NCBI GenBank assembly: GCA_958009085.1
Contig: OY253672.1
Span: 620,001 to 684,000 of the forward strand
DNA from: Protoeuglena noctilucae
Lineage: Eukaryota
DNA: 64,000 bases
Direction: 5' to 3'
The position numbers were made by a program, and so were the translations under genes. Shown piece by piece: positions 13,770 to 25,089 of this stretch; the first letter of the stretch is position 1; the number at the start of each line of letters is the position of its first letter. The notes beneath the pieces are model-generated. The model made no database searches. It saw only the letters and a program-made list of their open reading frames with translations, and was not told the origin of the DNA.

Positions 13770-16700
13770 TCAAGGCGCCCCCTGGTATCTATCCAGCTGG
13801 TCCAGGTCAGCATAGAGCTGGTTGAGCCGCTTCCTGCTCTCCGCCGCCCGCTGCACCACGTCCTGCGAATGCAAGACATGACATGATATCAAGATGCGCC
13901 CTCACAACACGCGCTATGTTCACACACCTGACCTTGCTAGCAACATCACTAGAAGCGTCGTCTAGCAGGTCGTCATACACCACCCAGCTTTCTGCAAACG
14001 CACCGGGACGTCGCTTGCAGACCCGCCCCCCATCCCCGTCCCCCCCGCCGCGTAAGAAACGTGCTCTGGGCCCGGGGGGGCCTTCACGGGGCTGTTGCCC
14101 AGGGACGGGGACCGAGATGCCCGCTCCCAGTACGCACGGTCCTCCTCCTGGTAATAGTCGCGCTTCACCTGCGCACAGTGCATGAGTCAGGGTGTTCGTT
14201 GGCGTCAGAATGTTGTTGTCAGGGTGGCGTCAGACGCCATGGATGATAGGGATGAAAGTGCTGGTGGCGATGTGAGAGTTGCGGTGCCGTGGCTGCCTCT
14301 GCCTCGCCTGCTCGGTGTACTCTCGGCTCGTCGGGACCACGAAGGGCGGGCGGCCCCGCGCCTCCGCCATTTGCTCCACCCTGGGGTGCCAGACAGGGCA
14401 GGAAATGGGCAAGCAGGCGACAAGCGCAACCAATGTGGAGCCAAGGATTTGACAGCCACGCTTTCGAATGTGGCTGCCAGCATCACATGCAAGGCACACG
14501 GTGGGAGCAATTCGAAACCAATGAAACAAAACCAAGGACCCCTGTTGCACCCTCACCTCTGTGCCAGCTTGTGCAGTGCGTCCGCCATGGCTGCGTTGGC
14601 GTCTGCCCCCGATGCCACGTCCCTCTGCACCTGCGCCAGCTGACGGGCGACCTGGGAGGGGCACGGCGCGGGAGGTGTCAAGGTGTTTACTCTGCATCAG
14701 ACACTGCCTGCCATGCACCAGCGCATTGCACCTGCTCTGCAAAGGACATCACCTGCTCTGCATCAGACACTACTTGCTCTGCATCCACACACATCTCACC
14801 TGCTCTGCATCGAACATCCCAGCCGCGTCAGCCAGCCGCTGCGTCAGTGCTTCGAGGGCCCGGGCCACCGGAGCGTCCGCGGCAGACCGACCCAGGTGGG
14901 CGTGGAGACCCTGAGAGCACAACAAACAGAAACACATATGCATATTGACAATAGGACCCTAGAAGCTGACAGGACACATTCAAAAGCACATGCATGGGCC
15001 CTGACCCCAGCCATCGACACGCGCATTGCCATTCTTACCGCGAGCCCTTCGACCTCTCCCCTCCACACCTCGACTTTCACCAAAATGTCTCGCAGCGCTG
15101 CCTCCTGCCGCGCCTCCCGGTCCGCCTGGGCCATTGCCTGGGCCTCGGCATGCCGGCCCTGCGCATCCCGGCCGCCCTCCAAAGATGAGAAGTGCACCGC
15201 CCCCGCCGCACCCCGCAGCGCACCCTGCACGGCCGCATAGCTCGTATTGATCTCCCCGACCGTCCGCTGCACGTTGTCCAGCAGCTGCCGCACCGCACCC
15301 TCCCACTGCGCACAAGGAACGGCCCACGCCATGTCTTGTGCCGAACATCCCATGCTCAGCAGCGGCACCAATGACCCTCATATCATGCAGACCCCAGTCC
15401 CGGTCCCGCACCTGCCGGAGAGCCGAGGGCGAGCGCCCCTCCGTTGTCCCAACCGCCCCCGCACCCCGCGACCCCCACTCCGCACTGGGCCCCGCAGCCG
15501 GGTCGGGCTGCCCGTGGCTGCCGACGCGAGATGCGCCAGCGGAGGTGCGCATCGGCGACGTCTGCTCTGGAGGGGACCCATGTTGCACCGATGACCCACC
15601 CCACACCGCCGCTGCCCGAGATGACCCATGGTCTGGGGTCGGGTAGCGCGCCCGGGTGTCCACGCGGGACCCGGCGCGGTGCCGGGAGACGTCGGTGCCG
15701 GAGGCCTCTGCCGTGGCGCTCGCCCGGGAAGCGCGGGCGGACCGCGGGGCGCGGGGGTCCATCGCGCCCTCGCCCTCCTCTGCCCTGGCATGGGAGGGAC
15801 TGGAGCCGCGCGACGCCGGGCGGCCCGAATGGCGGCTCAGAGGACGCCCCGGGTGCCGCGGGGGCGGGCGGGCGACGCCCAGGGCCGATCGGCCCGCCCG
15901 GCTCCCCAGGCCCAACACGTCGCTGCCGGAGTGGTGTGCGTCGAGGCCAGGGCGGTCTGCAAGTGGATAATATAAAGGGCAGGGGGGGTGGGCAAATAAG
16001 TGTTCATGACACCATTCATCGATCATCATAAAGCTGCGTGATGACAGTACTCGTGGCGTGACGCGTTTGTCGCATTTTACACACCGGGGCTTTCGTCGCG
16101 CTCGGTCCCTGACAGCCGCGCCGTCCGCCCCACGGCGCGCGTCACCGCCGTCTGCAGAGAGTCCAGTGCCGCCGCGACGGTCGGGTCGCTCGCGATGAAC
16201 GGGGGCGTGAAGGCGCTGCCAGATGCCGCGCCGTGATGACTGGGGGCATCTGCTGCCGACTGCGACGGGCTTGGCCCATGCGCCCCAGCGGCGCCGCGGC
16301 GCTCGGACCGAGTGTCCAAGGGGACGCCGACGGCCGGGAGCTGACTCAGGGACGAGGGCGAGCCCAGGCTGTGGGGGGCGCTGCCGCCCGAGCCCTGCCC
16401 CGCCGATCGCGATGCGTCCCTGCGATGTAACACGCGTGTGAGACGGTTATCCAACCACTCTTGTCTATGAGTACGCAGACATGTCAATGATTGGCATTAA
16501 ACACGCACCGGAAGGCCGCCCTGGCCTCCGCGACAGCCCTCTGGAAAGCAGCAGCATCGCCCTGTGCTCCATGACCGGCGCCCCCGCCGCCGCCGACCCA
16601 CGGCACGAGCTCCAAGGCATCAAGAGTGCGACGGATCTCCTCCCGGGATGCCGCCTGCGCGATAGGGCCAAGAGGGATGGGCATGGTGGGTGCTCGGCGT

Positions 16701-18423
16701 GTAATGGATCGTGACGGCGACGCGGCGCACGTATCAGTGACAGAGAGGATAAGAACGTACAGTAAACAAACAGGTTCATAGCTTGGCGCGCACGGTGCGA
16801 TGCCTCACTTGTTGCGCCACGTCCTCGAGCCGCGTCTGCAGCCCCGCCGCCAGCCGCCTGACGTCCTCCACGTGGCCCCCAAACGCCGCCTGCACCGCGG
16901 CCGCCGCAGCGACCTTGATCTGCGGTGGTCGAGCATAACATCTCATCTCATCTTATGTTATCCATGAGCAGTGGCCAATCCGCACGCAGCTCCAAGCAGG
17001 GACGGCTGACCGTGGCTTGTGATTGCGAGTCAGTTCAGCAACAAGAGTTGTGGTGCAGCCTCACCTCATCGAAGATGGTCTGGAAGCTGTCGCTGATCTC
17101 CTGCGTCCGCGCCGCGATCTCGGCCTTGGCGGCATCGACGTGGCGGTCCAGCTCCGCGCGGGACGCCGACACCTGGCCCAGCACGGCGTCCATGCGAGCC
17201 ATGACCTGCGTGGATGGGGACACAAGGACCTAGATATGAAGGAGGACATGACTGGTGGGAGGGCGAGGGCAGGTCGGGGCTTCTGTGTCTGACCCGACAG
17301 TAGGTGTCGTTATCGTGTTGTGAGGCCACGCACGGCTCACAAGCGGGCACAGATGCTCACCTGCTTCTCCATGGCCGTCGCCGCGTCCGTGAACTTGCGT
17401 TCCTGTGCCTGAGCCTGAGACACAAGGGCGAGAGGGCCAGCAGTCACGCATGAGATGAGCAAACAGCGTAGCGACACTCACACCGCCACATGCGTGCTCT
17501 GCCGAGCCTCACCCATGTCCTGAACTTGGCGTCCAGCACGCGCAGGTCCAGCTGGTGTATGTCCATATCCACGCCCGGGATGGACCCGTCGGGGCGCACC
17601 ACCGCGAAGGGGTGGCTGGAGAGGTCCCGCTCCACCTGGCCCACGCGGTTGGCGAGGTGCTGCGGGGATTCGAACCTCTTCTTGACATCATTTACAGATG
17701 CAGTGCTATACGCTCTCCTGCGCACCGAGCAGCGGCGTCGGATGGCGCGGTGTGTGCCGGTGCAACGCACCTGCACTGCCAAGCGCTGCAGTTCGTCGCG
17801 CCGTGCTGCCTCGTCTTTCTGGGCTCCCTCCCGGCTCCCGGAGGCCTCCACCTTCTCCTCGACGCGCCTGACGTGTCGGACGAGGTCCTGAAGACGAGCC
17901 TCGTATGACTCGACCACCTGCAAGGCCGGCAGACGGGAGGTTTGGCCAGAACGACGGCGCGAATCACACCTCATAGCAAGTTCCTGCCTAATGGGTCATG
18001 TTAGGGCGTGCTGGTCACGGCCGACCAACGCAGGGACTCAGCACAATCTCCCATGGCGCTCTCACCAGGCAGCTGGCGCTGACGCGCTCCAGCTGCGACT
18101 CGAGGTACGTCATGTACGCAGCGCGGTCGGTCAGGAGCTGCTCCGGCGGAGCGGGGGACGTCTTGGTCCGAGCAGCGCGGCGCGCATATTCGTCAAGCGT
18201 CTGCGGCGGCGCGGGTGCGGGAGTCAAAGAGCCCGGGGCAGGATTCACGGCAAACCGTTCGTGCATGCGATGGCGGGGCGCGCGCGGCCGCCGGGCCGCT
18301 CGCCAGCTTCTCCGCATGCTTGTTCGCGTAGCCCTCCTCCTGCCGAAGGGCCAGGGCCCTGGCCCACTTCTCGTGATCCTTCGGCGCCTGCTTGTCCGCC
18401 GCTCTCGGGAGGTCGAACACCAT
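13770..18423 (-). CDS. Uncharacterised coiled-coil / low-complexity protein (~13-14 exons)
   Basis: Phase-consistent exons: MVFDLPRAADKQAPKDHEKWARAL, LLTDRAAYMTYLESQLERVSASCL, VVESYEARLQDLVRHVRRVEEKV, MDIHQLDLRVLDAKFRTW, WEGAVRQLLDNVQRTVGEINTSY. The last exon is DVVQRAAESRKRLNQLYADLDQLDRYQGAP*. Confidence 0.7.
14689..14818 (+). repeat. Intronic minisatellite (~21-bp unit, ~6 degenerate copies)
   Basis: Units related to cctgctctgcatcagacacta repeated in tandem. Confidence 0.8.
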
Positions 18424-18904
18424 CGCCGACCACGGGCTGGGGCCCGGCAAGCCCGGCCAGCCCGGCAAACCGCAGCTCTCGAGAGGTGTTGAGATCACGG
18501 AGACTGCCGCGCGATTCCGGGGGCGGAGCGGAGGCGAGCAAAAGATTGTTATGCAAATGTGTGCGCAGCGTGAGGGAGCCACCAGTGCAACGGCCGTCCG
18601 CAGGATGGATCGCGGACGCAATGATGCATCACATCGGTGACGTGCGAGCGCGGTGCCGGGGCCTTTTTGAGAAGCAATCGCTTTGTCGCCAGCCTGCGCC
18701 AGAGTTCAAGCTGCTGGCTTACCCAGGCACCGCTGACACTTGTGGCCTCATTGCCGCACTTCCCACGTGTTCCAGCTTACTACACATCGCGTGCCGCCTG
18801 TCGTTTGCAGGCCACATCAAACCGTAGCCACCACGGCTGGCTGGTCACAAGCGCCAATAGCTCTCGCTTAACAGCGCTTCGCGCAGGGGCAGCGAAGGGG
18901 TGCG

Positions 18905-19560
18905 ATGGACGAGAAGAGGCAAGAGATCATGGAGCTGCAGGTGCGACCGGCCGCGGGTTGTGGCCGTGCTCAGCAGAGGTGGCCCCGGTCTCGAGCCTGA
19001 TCGCTACCGCCGCCGTCACCAGGACGTCGTCGATGGGGCATTGCGTCGCGGCATCGATCTGGGCGCATGCGCGCCGTCTGCGCAGCCCCGAAATAGCAGA
19101 CCTGGTTGCGAGGCCCGACGCCGTCGCTCGTGCCCATCCCGCAGCGCAAGCTGCAAGAGATCGTGCAGCAAATCCAAGTGGTGGAGCGGCAAGGGATGGC
19201 GCACGCCCAGGAGGTCCGGCGGGCGGCGCTGGTGGGTGCCGAGTTGCAGGGGGTGCCGGAGGACGTCCAGCTGTACCAGTCCGTGGGGAAGGCGTACATC
19301 TCGACGACGAAGGCGTCGGTGATGGAGGCGAACGACCAAGCGCGCGTGGAGTCCACCAAAGCCATCGAGCAGCTCAAGGTGCGTGGGGGAGTGCCTCCTG
19401 AGAAGCGCGCCGCTTGGGCGTTCGCCGGAGCGCATCTGATAGACTGGCTGATGTGACGCGGCCGTGCGCAATGCAGGCGACGCGGGACAGGCTGGTGAAG
19501 GAGAAGGAGTCGGCGGAGGTCGACCTGCGGGAGCTCGCCAAGAGCATGGCCTCGGCGTGA
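18905..19560 (+). CDS. PFD1: Prefoldin subunit 1 (beta-type), 3 exons
   Basis: MDEKRQEIMELQ | RKLQEIVQQIQ...ELQGVPEDVQLYQSVGKAYI...AIEQLK | ATRDRLVKEKESAEVDLRELAKSMASA*. The YxSVGK hairpin motif lies between two coiled coils. Confidence 0.85.
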
Positions 19561-19766
19561 CAATGCGTGGGGGCTTTGTGAAGAGGGCTCTCGTTATTGC
19601 ATGATGTTCTCGATTGAATGCAAGTGCTATATGTGGACGCCACCCGCCACCGTGACATCGCCGTGCTGCCAGTGGGGCTCGTCGGTCTCCCTGAGTGGCA
19701 ACTAGACACGCGGCCGTCGCTGACCAAGTGAAGCTTGCTGCAACGTGGCAGTAACCGGTCCCGAGG

Positions 19767-21482
19767 ATGACGCAGCCGGCGGTGGACGCGGGGCAGACGG
19801 CGTACACACATGAGGTGGCCCGTGTGTCGGAGCTGATTGCCAGGGCGGTCACGGCGATCAAGCGGAACGCATCAGGGAGGCCGTATATCGGAGGTGGGGC
19901 CTGGCTCCGGGCTCGCGGGCTCGCGGGGAGGAGCGCCCTCGAAGCGGGCGACTGCAACGGCGGTTATTTCAAATATCCGAGCGCCCCCTGCCCTCCTGTG
20001 CAGTGACGGCATGTCGCGAGGCGTTGAGCGCCATCTCGCTGGAGGTGGAGGGCCTGGAGGAGGCGCTGGCGGTGTGCGCGAGGCTGTCGGCCGCGCTGGC
20101 TGACATCGACGAGCTGGTCGCGGACCAGACGGAGCGCCTCGCGCACTACGAGCAGCTCGCGTCGGCTCATGCTACTGATTCAAGTCAACAGGATGCGACC
20201 ACGCACGGTGAGGATCGCGCGAACGGGCGCGGGAGGGCTCCTCTGTGCAGGTTGTCAGCTTCGCTATCAAACTGCGGCCGCCCTCCCGCCGCAGTGCCCG
20301 AGCCGCACGCCCCCGCCGTGAGGACACCGAGCGCCGGAGGCGTCCGCGAGCACACGACGCTGACGGTCGCGGCGAGCGACGCGGAGGAGGACGCCGGTGC
20401 CGGGCCCGGGGGGCCCCTTGCCGCCGCCTCGCCCCTGGTCAGCGGCTCGCCCCTCCTGAGCCCGACGCCCCTCGCGGCGGTTGCGGCGGCGTCTGCCGTC
20501 CCCGCTGCCGTCGACAGGCGAGCGTCGGCGGGGTCCTCCCGGGGCTCCACACCCGAGTTTGTGCTCCCGGACCTCAGCCGCCTGGGCATCTCGGCCGCGT
20601 CGCTGGCGCTCATACGGGGCGGCCAGGACGCGTGCGGGTCAGGCGCGGAGGGCGGCGTGGGCACTGCCACCGCCAGCGCTGGGCCGGGCACGCCCGACTT
20701 CTGCTTCCCTCAGCAGCCCCGGTCCCCGGTGAGGGCCAGAGTCTTCGCGTGCTGCAGGAGTTAGCAGGGTGGTATTTTGTGATGAGCTCATCTTGCCTCC
20801 TATAATGCAGGTTCGGGACGTCACTTGCCCCGCGACGCTCGGCCAGGAGTCCCCCGGCACGCCCGCCATCGCCGACCCACGCGGTGCTGCTCAGCCGCCC
20901 CTCACGCCCACCACGGCCCACATGCTGGTGAGTCGCCGGACAGGCGGGCGGCCACCTGCTGTCTATCTACTGTGTGGGAATTATCGCCACCAGCTTCCAC
21001 GCACGCAGTCGCGCGTCGTGGCTGCGTCGGCCGCCAAGCCCCCGCCGCTCTCGGCCGTCAAGCCGCGCCTCGCCACGGCGGTCAAGGGCAGGAACCCAGA
21101 CGCGGCGACGGCGGGGAGCCCGGGGCCCGCCACGGCCAGGCCACCCAGCGCCCTGCTGCAGGGGTTCGACGAGGTGTCCGGGCACGTCACCCCGGCGCGC
21201 CCGCCTTTGCGGGGCATCACCAACGTGGGCCCTGCCGCGACGGAGGTCTCCCACGCCCAGTACGCAACGCTGCCTGCCTTTCTGGCCTCGCAAGTGGCCC
21301 TGCCGGAGCTCAACGCCGCGCTGCGACGGTTCGCGTCCGCCGGGAGCAAGATGAGCGCCGAGGACCTGGCGGAGGGCGGCTCGCCCTCCAGAGGCAAGGC
21401 CATCGCGGCGGCCCTCATGCGCCTGGACTACATCGTCGCGGGCGGCATCGGCGGCGTGCGGACCTACTCCCTGCGCGGCTGA
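19767..21482 (+). CDS. SKA3: Spindle and kinetochore-associated protein 3-like (plant-type)
   Basis: N-terminal coiled coil, a PDLSRLGISAASLALI motif and an S/T-P-rich middle. The C-terminal domain VSHAQYATLPAFLASQVALPELNAAL...GKAIAAALMRLDYIV...VRTYSL resembles the plant SKA3 C-terminus. Confidence 0.65.
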
Positions 21483-21977
21483 CACGGCTGGCGCTGGCGT
21501 GTGTCGGCGAGTCTTCCCCTGTCGCTGCGCGTGCTAAGCGAGTATTCCTGGCCGTATTCCTGTTCGCGGAGTGGGCGTTTGAAGCCGCTTGCTTGCTCTC
21601 CGGAGGGTCATTCTGTCGACCTTGACCGGCGACCCTGGCGCGGCCGGCGCAGGCGGATTCTTGCCGGTCGGCGGGCTGTTATATCTACGTAAGATCTAGC
21701 CGATTTGTCGCCCCGCGTGGCGTTGTGCGCTCTTGAGACGGCGGGGAGCGACTCAAGCGGACTTGGCCGCAAAGCGAGCGACAGGCGACTCGCGGGGCCT
21801 CGCAGGGGCGCGAGGGCAGGCGAAGGTGAGCCAGTGGTGTGGGGAGTGGAAGTGGGTTGCGCGGAGGGGGCCGGGGACGGCGCGGAGGGTGCACTTGCAT
21901 GTTGGACACAGTCACCCGTCCTTTGTGCTGCTATCTTGCAGGCGGAGACGCCGTTAAGGGTGTAGAGGGGCCTAAAC

Positions 21978-24717
21978 ATGCACGAGGGCAAGGTGGTGGT
22001 CCACAACCTAGGAAATCAGACGGGCGTGGAGACGGCCGAGAAGATAGCTAAGGAACAGAACGCCGGGATTATCATGTTTCAGGAGGTTGAGAGGGGATCA
22101 GTCGATAGAATTTTTGAGATATATGGAGGACGAATGTATCGAGTGATTTTTGGTGTGGAAGGTACGGGGAGCAAAACTGGTAACCCCGGTTCTGCTCTCG
22201 TGACGATGGTTAATAAGGACATGTACGAATGCGATCAAGTGGACGTGGTGGGTCTTCCAGGTGAGATGTGCAAAGTAGCCAAGCAGCCAATGAGCTTTAA
22301 TAAACCGGCAGCAGCGACTGCTGACAACAAACATAAAATTATCAAAAAAGCAGTTGTTTGGTCACTGCTTGCAGACAACGATGAGGAAGAAGTATCGTTT
22401 CTCTCAAAAAAAGTCTTAAAGGCGAGAATAAGCCGCTGCAAGGAATGAAAAGAAAGATGAAGTCAACATTTCTCAGGAAATTGGGCATAATTCCAAGTAG
22501 GATGCTCGTCATCAAATGCACCCCAAAGTCGGGATCAAGGGAGTCGTTCCTCGCCGTCAACTACCACGGCTTCAACTGCCAATGGTCTACTGAAAGAGCA
22601 TGTAGGTGAGCTTCTGCAGCATTAAAAGTTTGGTACTAATTCGCAGGTAAGTAACTTGCAGGTGTTACTAATATTAAATTAAAAATGTTAAATTTAATTT
22701 TTAATGCTTTATTTTAGCCATGTAAGGCACTCTATATATTTTTGCACATAAGTTTTACATTTTTATAATTTACATGCTGCAAGGTGAGTAACTACGTAAA
22801 GCAATGTCATTTGACTTATTAAAGCATCATATTTTGCTCCAGGTTCTGGTCCCGGGCCTGCCATATTTTTGCCCAACTGAGGAGCAGCTATCAAATGCCT
22901 GTCCTCATTGGAGCCGACACCAACATCCATCTGGACGCAGAAGCCTCTTTTCGGCTGGGCAACTGGCCTCCAGGTAATTGTGGTATTCCACCCCCCTTGC
23001 GCCAGCACACAGACACTTTCGCTGTGCATTCGACAAGTGGCCGACAACCTTTTTGCAGCCACAGAAATGAACAAGCGGTGGTCGTGGAGGAGCGTCATGG
23101 TTCCCATCTACGAAATTACGAATCGGTTCACCGATGAGGAGGACAGGTTACAGTACAGGACGAGGGGCGTCATTGACTTCTTTGCAGTAGTCGATTCCAC
23201 GTGCAGCTCATCGCAGACAGCTGGCAGATGCATTGACTCCACGCACATCCATATTGCCAAGGTCGAGGTCTGCGGTGGATCGTATACAGCGGCACACGAG
23301 CCCCTGCTCGCGTCGTTCAAGATCTTCAAGGGTTACGATGGATGGCACAATGACTTCGAGCCGATGCGCTGCCTCTGGAACACGCCTTGCTCATGTGCTC
23401 CAGTTTCGGGACCTCGCAAAAGAATTGCGGCCCTTCTTGGAGAGCGGAAGGAACCTTTTACAAGAATCATTTTCCCTCCACAAGGGGTGAGCATTGACAA
23501 CAAGCACTTTGTATGTTTGCAATTGCCTTATATATTTTTGCTTTTTGCTTATTAGATACTGTTTTGTGGGTTTTTTGTGTTTTGTGGGCAAAGTTACTCG
23601 TCAATTAATTTTGCGCGCAGGCAAGTGCGGCAGCTGGGACGGCGGCGAGGGGGGCAGCTGAGCCAAGTGTAAACATGACGGTCACACCTGCAGCGGGAGG
23701 AGCACAGGTGCTTACTGTCAACAGCTGCCGATGTATGTCGTTCTGTATTTATATATGGTCTCCAAGAGCGTCAAAAAACGATCATAAATTTATTTGTCTG
23801 GTGACGCAGGTGTTGGAAATTAGCGAAGCAGGGCCCTCTCAGAGCCATGGCACGGCTGTGTCCCTTGAGAGGCGCATCAGGAATTTGGATTTGCAGGTAA
23901 AAGGCGCATTGTACTTTCCAGTTGCAAATGTCGAGCGTGCATATTGGTGCTCTTGTTAATGCGATGGACAGAAAATGGCATAATGTGAGAGCGCGTGTGT
24001 GCAATGCCCACAGTCCACGGCCACCAGCGGAGGGGTATTCCCTGTTAGGGCACCGGCCTCAAGCAATTTGGGGACAAGGGAGCCGGCCGTCAACGGGCGA
24101 CAGGCGCAAATTTGGCAGGTGCGCCTTGCAATTGGAGTGTCCGTGTCGGTGCAACGGGACGCACGGAGAGGTGCCGTCTTGCCAAAGTGCCGGGTGGGAA
24201 TGCCTTTGACGCAGCGGGAGTATTCTAGAGTGTGGTCCGTATATAGATGGTGGGTGGAAATGCCAGGTTTCGATTTTGACTTTCACAGCATGACAGCCGC
24301 CTTATGTTTTGCAGTTCAACACTGAGACCAAAAACTCCTACATGGGACGGCCTTTGAAACGAGGAACCGTCTCCACTTCGAACATGCCGCAAGTGAAAAG
24401 GTGAGTGTGAGGGTACTATAGGGGGCATTGGTTTTGGCTTCAGTGACAGTAGTATCTAGTTGTATCTTTTGCGCCCACCTTTCCTTTCACTCAAAATGCA
24501 GCGCATGTGTGCCGCTCTGCCTGCACGTCACCCAACACTAACTTCTCAGCCCTCTTCTGCGCATGCCAGGCTTTACACGGAAGGCAATTTGGACGAGATG
24601 ACTTCCGATGCCCTGAAGGACTTCCTCAAGCGATACAAATTGTCCAGAAGTGGGGACAAGCTCGACTTGATATTTCGCGTGTGCGACTACATTGCTGAAA
24701 TCAGCGCAGGACTTTAG
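21978..24717 (+). CDS. EEP (DNase I/AP-endonuclease-like) nuclease fused to a C-terminal SAP domain; 9 exons, one apparent frameshift in exon 2; AT-rich island
   Basis: Exons: 21978-22260, 22375-22605, 22843-22973, 23059-23486, 23621-23707, 23810-23896, 24014-24118, 24315-24400, 24570-24717. EEP motifs appear in order: VVVHNLGN, IIMFQEV, FLAVNYHG, VLIGADTN, VIDFFAV, AHEPLLASF. The SAP-like segment is LDEMTSDALKDFLKRYKLSRSGDKLDLIFRV. All junctions are in phase except for a 1-nt shortfall within 22385-22445. Confidence 0.7.
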
Positions 24718-25089
24718 AAAGCTTCAGATCTTGGCGTGGAATAATCACGCTGTGCTTCATATGCGTGCGTGCCTAGACAGGTTCATTCCAGCTTCGACGC
24801 GCATGCCATTTTTGAAAGCCAAATCATCTCACCGTCTGTGACACGGACATTGTGCTGCATCCCTGGCACGCGCGCGCGATTGCCCCACCCACCAGGCTGC
24901 CCCAGGCAACCACAGCCCCACCGCCCCCCTGCCACCATCATCTCCAAATCCGTCACTTTCCTCGCGCCCACACACATTTACGGTCCGGTGCGCACGCTCT
25001 GGAGAAACAAGCAAACACAAGACCCGGCCGGCGGGCCTCGTCCAAGCCGCGCGGGCCAGAGCGCCGGGGGAACGTCAGGAACGCCAGTC

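Noticed and set aside
14689..14818. CRISPR-like array
   Set aside because: The units are contiguous degenerate minisatellite copies without unique spacers, inside a eukaryotic intron, with no cas genes.
18905..21482. Possible bicistronic PFD1-SKA3 transcript (206-nt gap, same strand)
   Set aside because: Many ATGs lie within PFD1 and the spacer, which argues against leaky scanning, and there is no positive evidence without transcript data.
22446..22448. Selenocysteine or stop read-through at the EEP gene's TGA
   Set aside because: A second TGA follows four codons later in the same frame, and the EEP motifs continue in the -1 frame instead.
21700..24850. Calling the AT-rich island an autonomous LINE, Helitron or DNA transposon
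   Set aside because: I could not identify a reverse transcriptase, Rep/helicase or transposase, nor terminal inverted repeats, a poly-A tail or a target-site duplication.
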